Virus record (IMG/VR): IMGVR_UViG_3300037963_003458
Direction: 5' to 3' (one strand)
DNA length: 64,000 bases
Origin: an uncultured virus (IMG/VR IMGVR_UViG_3300037963_003458)
Taxonomy: Duplodnaviria > Heunggongvirae > Uroviricota > Caudoviricetes
Shown here: piece after piece, positions 38,901 to 47,302 of the stretch
Numbering within the stretch: position 1 is the stretch's first letter
Layout of the letters: each line of letters begins with the position of its first letter
Notes under the pieces: model-generated
What the model was told of the DNA's origin: nothing
Seen by the model: only the letters and a program-made list of their open reading frames with translations
The model's database searches: none
Position numbers and translations under genes: made by a program

Positions 38901-41900
38901 ATCTTCACCACCTAGTTGTATAATTAAACGACCATGTTCAGTAGCATCATAGCCGTCTGGTTTAGCATCAGCCACTCTGTCTCGTAACATTACAGAAGCT
39001 TCATCGCTTTTAGGGAGATTTAAAAACCCATGATATTTAATTCTACCATTAGCAAACTTATCACGACTAGAATCTATGCGTTCTGAGTTTGTTAGTTGAG
39101 CATCAATATCAATGTTAAACCTATTCGCTAACATAATTTTACGAACAAGGTTTCTATTGCCAGAGGCATTTAACATGTTTAGAATTTCTAATTCAGTCCA
39201 AACAGGCATAGCATCTCTAGATACAGTAACATCTTGTACTACCATACCATTGACAATATCGCCCCATTTTGTAGGAACTAACTCTTTTTGTCCTTTGTTG
39301 TTACGTTGTTCTTCGTACACTTCTAAGAAAAGCGTATTTTTCTTAGACTCTGGACTCAAGAACATATAAGCAACTTGTTCAGGTTTTAACTCTACTTCGT
39401 CAGGAATCTTTAAAGTCTTTTTAAAGTAATCCATCATATTAGGATCTTCTAAAGACGTTAGAATTTCTGTAAATAGAGGAACATCTTCGCCCTCTATATT
39501 TTCTAAACTTCTAGGATTTAAACCGTGCCGAACAATACCCTCTTCAAAAGCTTTGTTAAATTGTTCATTCCAAGTTTCAACAACTGAGTCTGTGAAAGAA
39601 TATTGAGACGAACCTTCGTTAGTAAAGCTATCAGAGTATTTAACTAAATCTTGAAGAAAAGCTTTTTCGCCTTTTTCTTGTATACCGTCGACAACAACTT
39701 GTTCCCATACAGTATAAGGAGATTTAGCATAATGTTCTGCTGCTTCTTCGAAAGAACTAAAACGCCTATTTCCATCAGCATCTAAAACATTATCGTAAAT
39801 GTAATGAGTCATTTTTTTAACAGCATCTAAATGACTACCACCCATTAATTGCCAGTCCCTAAAGAAAATACTCATAGGACCTCTAGGAGTTACCTTAACA
39901 GTTTTATTTGTTTTCTGGAAACGAACTCCTTCAGCTTTTGCTTTTCTACTATCTACAGTTGGGTTTAGAATCCGCACATTAGAAAACGGAACAGCACCTA
40001 AGGCTAGTCCTACTAACCTAGCTATTCTGTTTGTAGAAGCATATGTTTGTAAAGCTGTCAATACAGACTTTCCAACTCTACCTGGAATTGTTCCTACAAG
40101 AGGAAGACTTAGTTTACTAGTAGCGCCTCTTTCTAAAGCATCTTTTTGACTAGTTCCACCAAAGGTAGCAACCAAAGCTTCTTCTAGATTTCTTAAAGCA
40201 TCTTTATCAGACTCTTCAATAGCCATTTCCTTACCACTAGCTACAACCCGTCTAGCCTTACTTCTAAAAGCAGGGGCCATTCGTTTATGAATTCTATAGG
40301 CACGCAAAGATTCAACAGTAGTATTCTTATCTTTGGCCATCTGAATCTCAGCAGAAACTTCGGCATTAAGCTCAGCTTCAGTAAACTCTTCTCCAACTTC
40401 TTCTAACAAGTTATCTCGTTCAGTTGTTATAGGTTGGAAATCGGTTTTTGTACGAAGATTTTCTAAATAAGCTTCGTTAACTGGAGAAGCTACAGTTAAT
40501 TCAAAAGTGCTAAAAGGAGTAGCATTAGTATCATAACCATCTGCAGCATCTTTTATACCGTGTAAATCTTCCCTAAACATACGTAAGAAAGGAATACCTA
40601 GTTTAGTAGGAGCTGTTTTTTCAGCAGAATCTCCGAAGTCTTCTGGAATAGGACGATCAACACGTAAGGCTGCTTGAATATCTCCAGCAATCCATGTGTT
40701 ATTTCTAATAGAACTTATACGCCCTGTTTCTTCATCCTTTTGGAGAAGTATTTTTTTCATCTCATTTAAGAAAGCCCATCGTTGCATTTGAACAGAATCG
40801 ATGACACTTTCTACAGGAACGCCATCTTCTTTAGCTTTAGCCGCTAATCTTTCAAACTTAGCTAACTCAACAGGAACATTCTGAGCTATTTTAGAAATAG
40901 CTTGTCGTTTACTTTGTACATCTTCATTAGCAATAAATGTTGTAAAATCAGCTAAAGTTGGAGAAACATACGCAGATTTCTGAAGAGTAGGCGGCTTAAA
41001 TATAGAGCTAGTCTGAATTATCAGATCTAACGTTACAGCAGATCTTAGAGCAGTTTCATACTCAGGACCTTCTAAGTCTCTGATATCATTGCCTAACAAT
41101 CCTTGAAGACCATCTGCTAGTTGATACTGACCAAGTTGCACTTCACCAGCATTTAAACTTTCACTTGATCTGGTTTCTTGAGACATATCTCTAATAGCAA
41201 AAGATCCGTCTAAACCACTAAATGCTCTAGCAAATCCAGTATACTTTCCATAATAATTAGCTACATTAAAATCATAAGCTGCTCTAGCTTCTGGACTTAA
41301 AGCAGATCTATCAATACCCATAACACTCATAGCAGCGTCTACTTGTTCTTTATCTGCTATATAACCCATCCTACCAGTATGCTCAGCTGTAGACATATAA
41401 CTAGAAATAGCCTGCCAATGAGCCCTTTCAGTGGGATCTAGCGTAAAGAATTCTTTAACTTCTCGCAAAGTTTTATCAAGAGCAGCTTTAGTTAAGTTAC
41501 CATGTTTATGCTCTAAGACCTGTTTAAGAACAAACTCACCAGCTTCTTCTAAAGTAGCTGCGTCTGTATCTTCAGAAAGAATTCCATAATCAATAGCAGC
41601 TTGTTTAACAGCTCTTCTTTTAAAAGGATCTTTATGAATAGAACCATTTACTAAGTCTTCTGGTCTAATTTCAATAGTACCTTGTCCGGGAACATCTACA
41701 AGAAGAACATTACGCAATTGCATTTCTTCTCTAAGCTCTTGAGAATCCGGAATATTTAATACAGTTTCAATTAAACCAGGCTCATCTCCGGCACCAAATA
41801 ACTCTGCAGCCATAGAAGTAGCCATTTGAGATGGATTTAATTGTTTAGATTGTTCAGGCGTAATTCCTTTTATAAGACCTTCTTCTGCTTTGTTTTTTAG

Positions 41901-44900
41901 TTGAGATAACCCTTGACTAATAGCTCCATAAAAAGCTTTCATACCAGCAGAGTAAGGCAACGTCATAACAGGACGTTTAAAAATCTCAGAGCGCATAAAC
42001 AAACCTAAATCAGTTTTACCTGTTTTAAAAGAACCTGATTCTAATACACCTTCTTCTTCTAAAACATCTGCAATAAGATCCCAACCGTTTCCACTAGCCC
42101 CTTCTTCTTTAGCTTTACGTAAAGCAGCGATTCCAACGAGAGAATAATTATCGTCACCTTTAAAGTCTACATAATTTTCTAAGTAAGTAGCCATTTGAGA
42201 TCCGCCCCACTCATCGTAGGTAGCATCGCGGGCTTTACTTAAGTACTCTCTAAAACTTATTAATTTTTTACCAGCATCGGTTTCTTTAAACTTAGGATCA
42301 TTAATAAAGATCATGTAATCTCTATGGATAGTCTGCGCAAAAGTAACAGCCTGAGCAGAGGCATCTTCCGCATTTTCAATCCTAAATTTATTTGTACCTG
42401 CGTCAATAAATTTTAATTTACTGTGACCATGCAAACCTGTTAAGAACTTGCCTTTACCCTCGGTTCCCATGTCTTCAACTAGCTTAGCTAAATTAGTGGC
42501 TCCAGATAGCCGAGCTATTTGAGCCATTCCTTCCATTGTTCCAAACATTTGATTAGCTCGAACATTTATAGCATCCTTTACAGATAAAGGAGTAACCTGT
42601 CCGCCGTTAAAACCAATGTCTCCAATAAGACCGCTTTGAAGTGCGTCTTTACCGGGAACTTTACCAAGAATAAACATAGACCCTAAAAAGCTTTGAGGAC
42701 CTGCTAATTCATCATGCAACGTTTTAACAATAGCTGGAGGAGCCGATTTCATTGCTTTAACTCTTCTGTTAACACGTTGTTCAAAAGAGTCTACTTGTTC
42801 GCGAATAGAGCGTACTAAAAGTTCCGGAGCAAAAGTTCTATCTAATGTTGGTCTAAAGGGAGTGTCTTGAGCATACTTATCTAAAAATTTTTCTGTATAA
42901 CCCTTAGGCCAATTGTTTCTATCACCTAGTTCAATAGCCTTTTTAATATCGTCATAGTACTTAAATACTTTTTGAATATCTTTTTCGCTTAGTTTTCTAA
43001 TACCTTTACCATCTTTTGTAAAGAGCACATGAGAACTAACACTTTCTTTAACATGGTCTTCATGCATTGAGGCTAAGGTTTTAGCATCCATTGTACCAAT
43101 GTAGCCATCTCGTTTGATAGGACTATCGCCCTCTTCTATTTTAATGCTACCATCAGCATCCCAAGCTTTGCCCCACTCTCGCCCAATATCTCTAGAACCA
43201 TTTAAAGCTTCCATAATTGCTCTACCAATATGATAACCATTAGCAGAATCAATCTCTCCGTTAAAAAGCTGTTCGATTTTAAAATCAGGGACTTTAGTCT
43301 CAGTTCGAATAAAGTTTTCAATAGTATCGTAGAAATAACTTTTCTTTTCATCTAAGATAGAACTATCAACATACTTGTCGCTAAAAAGTCTATTATCAGC
43401 ACGAACAAAACCACCTAACCCTAAACGTTGAGCAAGTTTTTCTTTTCCAGGTCCTTGTAAAATATTAGACCAACCGTCAAGCAAACCTTGAATAATGTTT
43501 CGTTTCTGTTGATTATTATATTCTCTGGGACTTAAACCAGATCGTTCAACAGCATTTTCATAGCGTAGTCTATGAACACCTGTAAGAAACTCTTGTTGAT
43601 ACAAAGTTGTTTCAAAAAGACCTCTATTTACAGAAGCTACATCAGATCGAAGGAATCTATTTTGTATACGACCACCTAATATGTCGGCTTTAAATTTAGC
43701 TTTTTCAGCTTTTTCAGCAAACTTAGAAAGCATACGAATACCAAAAGCTTGATCAGCTCTTGCTAATTTTTCGTAAGCAATTCTTTTCATTTCGTTAATA
43801 TCAAATACGATACCGTCAGCAGTCATAGTTTTAGCTTCAGCAAACGTAGTAAAGAGAAGATTAGACTTTCCTTCTGGTACAGCATGAATTGCCATAGACA
43901 AAGGAATAAGATCTGTATTCAAACCTTTACTAGCAGCCTCAATAGCTATAGTGCGTACTCTAGTTAATATATCATTAGCTAGGCTTTGTTGAACCATTAG
44001 CTCAGGTTCAATCTGATCACCTAGTTCTTCTAAAACACGCATTTGAATATATAAGTTCTTTAACTCTTCTTTTCCAGTATCCGTTTCTCTAAAAGCAGAT
44101 TCACTTTCTTCATCAAACGGAAGAGGTGAATCAGGAGTTCCTAAACTACTTTGACCTAAAATAACACCTACATCAATATTGAATCTATCATAAATAGCGG
44201 CACCAACAGCACGATAGGTATTGTCTACAGCTGCAAGTTCTTCTTTAGCTTTAGTACTAACAGCTTTAAGTTTTTCTGTATCAAAGCGTGCATTTAATTC
44301 TTCAAACTTCTTAAGAGTTTGTTGAGTCATTTCTAGAGGAGAGAAAACACCGCCAGTTTCAGTAGCAGTATTTACAGTAATATCTCCATGCTCAGCTAAT
44401 GCTATAGAATCTTTAGCTTTATCAATAATAGCTTCCATCACAATAGCATTGCTTGTGTTAGAATCCATAACTTCTGTACCAGCTAAAGTTTCTGCTCCTA
44501 AAATACCTACAGCATCCGAAGGTACATCATTTTGTTGTTGAGCGCTATCAGGAGATTCTAATAAAATATCTAAGAAACCTTCTGTTTCATTAACAGGGGT
44601 TGTAGTAACTTCAACAGCATCTTCACCAACTTCAACAGGGGCTTCTTCAAATTCTTCTAATTTTTTAAAAGAAGGGACTTCCGCTAAAAGTTCTGGATCA
44701 GATAAAGCTATTCGTCTAAAAGCAGCTACAACTTCTTCTGTAGAGAGAGGGGTTTTATCTGTTTTCCCCATCCAAGATGTTACAATATCAGCTGCAGCTT
44801 TAGGATTTGACGACGCAAAAGCACTAGCGTCTTTTACAAGAGTATCAAAAGATTTCTTGCGATCTTCTAAAGTTTTTTTAGCTGATACAAAAGCATCAAA

Positions 44901-47264
44901 AGTAACTGACTCTAAACCAGCTTTTTGAAAAGTAGCGTTAATAATACCATGAGCTACTCTATCTTCAAAACCTAAGATATTGTTATCTTCTAAAGACTTT
45001 CTTAAAACATCTACTTTTTTACGAGTAATAACTTTTAAGTTAGATAAAAGACTTTTAGCTTGGTTTCTAACTTCTTCCTTTACAGTTTTATCTTTAACTA
45101 TGCTTTTAAGAATTTTAATACCGTTAACTTCAGTAGGAAGCAAAGTATCGTCGTTTAAAGATTCCTTAATACGACGCATGTTAAGTTCCATAGCTAATGA
45201 GTGTGCTTCAGAAGCTTCAGATAACAACGCTTCATTCTTAGCTACTTGTTCTGGAGTCAGTGTTTGTTTAACAGTCTGAGCTTTAGCTAAAGCTTGTAAT
45301 ACAAGTTTTCTAGCAGCGGCTTTTTCAGTACCCTTTAAAGTCATCATATGGCGACTAAGACTTGCAATATCTGGACCTGCTTTTTTCATAAGCTTGTTTA
45401 AATCAACACCAGCATCCCAAGCGGTTTGAAGAATAACTTGAGTATTTCTTATTACAGCAGGATCAGTCACACCTTGTTTTCTAAGAGTCAACTCAGCTAA
45501 TTCTTGAGCAACTTCTACTTGATCTAATCCAGCTACTTTAGAAGCTCTATCAACTAGATCACCACGTTCTCTAAGACGAGCAAGCTCATCGTTATTTTCT
45601 TTTATAAACGACCATAAAGATTTTTTAGATCCGTCTTCATTTGTTCCTGTAAAGTCTTGAATTGCAGTAGTGCTTCTAATAGCAGCGCCGCCTAAACTAA
45701 GAACACTTCCAAAGGCAGCTCCAAAAGCAGCACCAGCAGCAGCATTTTCAAGGGCTCCTCCAATACTAAAATTGTAGTCATCCCAAGAAATGTTCTCTCC
45801 GTACACAAGTCGCATAAACTCGTATTCAGAATCACGGCTAACTGCATAAGCACCTAATTCACCTAAAGCTCCATCTACCATATAAGCTACAAGTCTTTGC
45901 TTGTAAGGAACAGAAACACTATCTGTAAATAAAGTACGGTATAAAGAGTTTCCAAGTATACTACCTGAATCTTTTAAACCTAAGCGTGTAGCTTCTGCTG
46001 CAGCCTCAGTTATTTCATCAGCATGGGTTTTTCTAAGATTCTTAACATTCCTATAAGTAGGTACAATAATTTCTTCCCATAAAGTAGTAGGTATAAACTT
46101 TCGAGGAAGTTGTGCTATACGTGTTCCACCTTGAATTGTTTTACCGCCTGCTGTAGCAAGAGCTTCAGTAAACTGAGCAGCTCTTTGCGTCATGAAAGAA
46201 CCTTTAGCAGCGGACCTAGTTGCAATTTTACCGGCTGCAGAAGCAACTCTTTTTGCAGTAAAAGCTCCTACAGAACCTCCCATAGTAAAGGGAATAGTAG
46301 CTAATGTAACTCCAGCTTCTACTAATGTATCAGGATCGGTTAAAAGACCTACGCCTACATCATAAAAGAACTGACCTACAGAATCCAATGTATCAAACTG
46401 CGCAGCCGTTTGTCCAGCATTAAAGCCCACACGACGAGCATTTAACATTGTGACAAGACCTGGAACAGAAGGAGCTGTAGTAATATCTCTTTCTGTAATA
46501 CCAATTCTGCGATACGCTTGACCTAAAGGAGTTTCAGGATTTAGTAGAAAACTAGCAACGTAGTTTTTTAAAGCTTTGTTATTAACCCATCTAGGATCTT
46601 GTTCATAAACTAAATTATGAAGCTCGCCTCCCCTTACAAACATATTAGAACCTACTTGGTTTTCTTCATCTGCAAACCAAGTTCCAAGGCCCGTAAAAAA
46701 CGATCCTATACCAGTTCCAACACCATAGCTACCTGTTTCTAAAGAAGCGCCGCCTCTTTCAACTAAGGTTTCAAAGCGATCTAATGAGTTTATTAATTCT
46801 GGAGCTGCATCAAGCTTTACAAGCTCGTTTTTAATACGTTCTTTGATTCGAGCTGCACCAGCATATTGAGCTTGTCCAGCCATAGCGTTAATACCAAAAA
46901 TAGTTTCAGTATTACCTGATTGACTAAGCTGACTAACATAATCCTTAGTATCTGTGTAGTTATTAAAAACCATTTCAGATTCTTCGTTCATTGTTTGAAT
47001 TACAGGATCATCTAGATCAATATCACCTCGAACATAAGCATCTAATCGCTCGTTAAATAACTTACGATCTTCTTCTTTAGCTTCTTCTAAAAGCTGCAAG
47101 CGATTATTGAACATATCCGCACGCTGCCTAGAAGCTCGAAGAATTCTATCTTCGTTATTAATCCTATTTTGTGTTGAAATAAAACTAGGACTATAATCTG
47201 TATACATTTCGTCTACTGTAGTAGCAGGTGCAGTATAAAACCTTGTGTTATTTTGAATTGACAT
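32910..47264 (-). CDS. Giant internal virion (ejection) protein containing a single-subunit RNAP-like segment
   Basis: 4784 aa, last of the internal virion genes, with glycine-rich hydrophobic segments. Contains RSEIFKRPVMTLPYSAG (motif B-like) preceded by YDEWGGSQM and DDNYSLVG. Confidence 0.75.
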   Translation of the reverse strand: MSIQNNTRFYTAPATTVDEMYTDYSPSFISTQNRINNEDRILRASRQRADMFNNRLQLLEEAKEEDRKLFNERLDAYVRGDIDLDDPVIQTMNEESEMVFNNYTDTKDYVSQLSQSGNTETIFGINAMAGQAQYAGAARIKERIKNELVKLDAAPELINSLDRFETLVERGGASLETGSYGVGTGIGSFFTGLGTWFADEENQVGSNMFVRGGELHNLVYEQDPRWVNNKALKNYVASFLLNPETPLGQAYRRIGITERDITTAPSVPGLVTMLNARRVGFNAGQTAAQFDTLDSVGQFFYDVGVGLLTDPDTLVEAGVTLATIPFTMGGSVGAFTAKRVASAAGKIATRSAAKGSFMTQRAAQFTEALATAGGKTIQGGTRIAQLPRKFIPTTLWEEIIVPTYRNVKNLRKTHADEITEAAAEATRLGLKDSGSILGNSLYRTLFTDSVSVPYKQRLVAYMVDGALGELGAYAVSRDSEYEFMRLVYGENISWDDYNFSIGGALENAAAGAAFGAAFGSVLSLGGAAIRSTTAIQDFTGTNEDGSKKSLWSFIKENNDELARLRERGDLVDRASKVAGLDQVEVAQELAELTLRKQGVTDPAVIRNTQVILQTAWDAGVDLNKLMKKAGPDIASLSRHMMTLKGTEKAAARKLVLQALAKAQTVKQTLTPEQVAKNEALLSEASEAHSLAMELNMRRIKESLNDDTLLPTEVNGIKILKSIVKDKTVKEEVRNQAKSLLSNLKVITRKKVDVLRKSLEDNNILGFEDRVAHGIINATFQKAGLESVTFDAFVSAKKTLEDRKKSFDTLVKDASAFASSNPKAAADIVTSWMGKTDKTPLSTEEVVAAFRRIALSDPELLAEVPSFKKLEEFEEAPVEVGEDAVEVTTTPVNETEGFLDILLESPDSAQQQNDVPSDAVGILGAETLAGTEVMDSNTSNAIVMEAIIDKAKDSIALAEHGDITVNTATETGGVFSPLEMTQQTLKKFEELNARFDTEKLKAVSTKAKEELAAVDNTYRAVGAAIYDRFNIDVGVILGQSSLGTPDSPLPFDEESESAFRETDTGKEELKNLYIQMRVLEELGDQIEPELMVQQSLANDILTRVRTIAIEAASKGLNTDLIPLSMAIHAVPEGKSNLLFTTFAEAKTMTADGIVFDINEMKRIAYEKLARADQAFGIRMLSKFAEKAEKAKFKADILGGRIQNRFLRSDVASVNRGLFETTLYQQEFLTGVHRLRYENAVERSGLSPREYNNQQKRNIIQGLLDGWSNILQGPGKEKLAQRLGLGGFVRADNRLFSDKYVDSSILDEKKSYFYDTIENFIRTETKVPDFKIEQLFNGEIDSANGYHIGRAIMEALNGSRDIGREWGKAWDADGSIKIEEGDSPIKRDGYIGTMDAKTLASMHEDHVKESVSSHVLFTKDGKGIRKLSEKDIQKVFKYYDDIKKAIELGDRNNWPKGYTEKFLDKYAQDTPFRPTLDRTFAPELLVRSIREQVDSFEQRVNRRVKAMKSAPPAIVKTLHDELAGPQSFLGSMFILGKVPGKDALQSGLIGDIGFNGGQVTPLSVKDAINVRANQMFGTMEGMAQIARLSGATNLAKLVEDMGTEGKGKFLTGLHGHSKLKFIDAGTNKFRIENAEDASAQAVTFAQTIHRDYMIFINDPKFKETDAGKKLISFREYLSKARDATYDEWGGSQMATYLENYVDFKGDDNYSLVGIAALRKAKEEGASGNGWDLIADVLEEEGVLESGSFKTGKTDLGLFMRSEIFKRPVMTLPYSAGMKAFYGAISQGLSQLKNKAEEGLIKGITPEQSKQLNPSQMATSMAAELFGAGDEPGLIETVLNIPDSQELREEMQLRNVLLVDVPGQGTIEIRPEDLVNGSIHKDPFKRRAVKQAAIDYGILSEDTDAATLEEAGEFVLKQVLEHKHGNLTKAALDKTLREVKEFFTLDPTERAHWQAISSYMSTAEHTGRMGYIADKEQVDAAMSVMGIDRSALSPEARAAYDFNVANYYGKYTGFARAFSGLDGSFAIRDMSQETRSSESLNAGEVQLGQYQLADGLQGLLGNDIRDLEGPEYETALRSAVTLDLIIQTSSIFKPPTLQKSAYVSPTLADFTTFIANEDVQSKRQAISKIAQNVPVELAKFERLAAKAKEDGVPVESVIDSVQMQRWAFLNEMKKILLQKDEETGRISSIRNNTWIAGDIQAALRVDRPIPEDFGDSAEKTAPTKLGIPFLRMFREDLHGIKDAADGYDTNATPFSTFELTVASPVNEAYLENLRTKTDFQPITTERDNLLEEVGEEFTEAELNAEVSAEIQMAKDKNTTVESLRAYRIHKRMAPAFRSKARRVVASGKEMAIEESDKDALRNLEEALVATFGGTSQKDALERGATSKLSLPLVGTIPGRVGKSVLTALQTYASTNRIARLVGLALGAVPFSNVRILNPTVDSRKAKAEGVRFQKTNKTVKVTPRGPMSIFFRDWQLMGGSHLDAVKKMTHYIYDNVLDADGNRRFSSFEEAAEHYAKSPYTVWEQVVVDGIQEKGEKAFLQDLVKYSDSFTNEGSSQYSFTDSVVETWNEQFNKAFEEGIVRHGLNPRSLENIEGEDVPLFTEILTSLEDPNMMDYFKKTLKIPDEVELKPEQVAYMFLSPESKKNTLFLEVYEEQRNNKGQKELVPTKWGDIVNGMVVQDVTVSRDAMPVWTELEILNMLNASGNRNLVRKIMLANRFNIDIDAQLTNSERIDSSRDKFANGRIKYHGFLNLPKSDEASVMLRDRVADAKPDGYDATEHGRLIIQLGGEDLANVMKEAEFRKETAPPAAYGIAEMLGSAGLTRRKDAEGNLVRSSVLMKAVDSLKGDIKVNATQVRFASNHLAAVYAIQKRRIDAAQQAADEVRMSTEIIAATIETGDTVPYIRPIDKAYDNKKYSSKDEANRNNPNVRGVVLRATSDGNYMWATPATLDITTKVQPSDLRPTTPKQAELVTDVFEPDPTLFDMVPDEDSAELELDFASDTPPVSDIEAEVNAIEDTVKALNEFAKDQNIDLKGFSKSKESRRARIKEVLMERASTVKPESTSLEMEFAPDSEETPTLEMEFAEDTDSPEFEMELKSENFIDTMTEKVDPINRPLILENSLSPEADRRLGDSYLAYLKHKANNGPTVVYTNLSKLFAAFTGRDSKGRSSAPPMTSTEAIATLEYAIVDETLRTALFGGGSIEVDYSGDTSIDLSFDSNRVATILRGLDEIKRTAKTNIPAAAYLLIHEQVERMWGIARTGEVTSGTFGEVPEIRKAASGKWSRTVKDLKRVFVREFADNRSRRAFLESLSDLGLPQEKINDFNKSLTNILNDDQAFKAVGINPKDPQKFNKLLEGTAEEQFNRIQKFSRALGNFGPEGVGDPSQLRETANTITEGITQYLTMVLFKQRAIAEQGGKTFEFFGGLEKADDGFGETVRSALSSMSAIVLSALENMRSRVLRLRPVDVKKRSLYRGKVTRDPETKELVKQDPPPGGLSNVQRGKPKAEQLPYSEAAGGLLVQRGDLSYDYKDLDTAMGEGLYYLDALTTRAMDVMEGVVEEEPTFAFNREASYVRSFGGELKPRSEVESKLVEVEEKLKTLTPDDNDFYTLIELRNRLRSDLASHDNLDLAKSRKMELIVKAMKLGKTVPGEPIRINSLPDEEADELKRILTFDLLSKIDVKRTGGDGMLGGVARGATYVATLGSYADSGMVGVRGSRFHSILALGSLVNATGVNTQTALQGYVPAQVTQNRVETDLGRTRMALDAYSRLFYKARKGLKLQETMKPAEKRKITDKVLFILEATKAPDSDVPMTDEMRVALFKEIPIFQSRLGDKAIAGLLQYRDLMFGKGAILQNFATAAAGVGTISQSTLTDLASRPKLPFALNRQYMDDPITFNTVVDDVQQDYLQAQRDNLMPRSLTELPRERVSFGIMEDIGILWHKNKPKIDCEREILEWSKEYKDVFGALSGIFDEMKTPDFDDMTDYDKVVWTQSMIRHFMTTDTGINPATGEEVKVNLFGSVPGLTLLRKFIKPAVRDNKPLDWSYSRGASGLIDDTSLSPSSQKLQHLLDARAERAGEKPTIKVDTDKPLGYFDSYQLVEKWQQGGSLKSDMMHYPDPRFRPPEWKASKEWMQFQETDPVVLNSSLFSGKLVEDVHTYVNGAVMHAQDLSIKDMIRVLRTSANRDSQTDGRVPTPEGLVAFSTEKDRQEFFTQLEGLEDQYDVGLNRRPKGVEQPSGTAEAAHHLTRFGVTLGSAGNWAFSSTNESVMTVVKSIPRAVLMGDIASIADFFRPLSREARSRGYQSVNMSNYTLNKRNIGIRTGRYFESDIAEFEEAPAERSKLNLLSGMDNFLRTIATTGFQTINRYNRLIGANRALRDVKRMVSNEEKFVKFVEESQGKSIKEIKDLARKNGIQRDLGIFTIIGAGVDDAKAFRHVLVKYVDEYGITWDELTDNTRKLAIAGNLPMARRVMRASQQVLGVMQYLNEKVNVEPQMLTKQIPKSALQEMIATLGQFPALALHNAKTHLALGGLVGLSSFIIPFFIAEVYYAIMGDMVRGESVDDIVERWSEDPVGSGLMVAERLPFLGSIGTVIQPILANFAVEHLRRLVDDPDFLAGYEDRYGTSGGVGIPGVAMLARSFKDFQRGINAAFEGDWQNSGELLTKAAPLPFAQLVQLGVRALLGTNPITTSKPRRGSSRNRYGSTRGLRRRGYGLPSMDQQEALDAVIPFPTDRPPVEETSVGLLRPLGADRPQPTPPERQPRREPSRAPERTLDKGLDREGPSPGILRALE

Positions 47265-47302
47265 AAGTCTCCATGCCCTTAGGGGGAAAACATATTGTTA
47301 AT

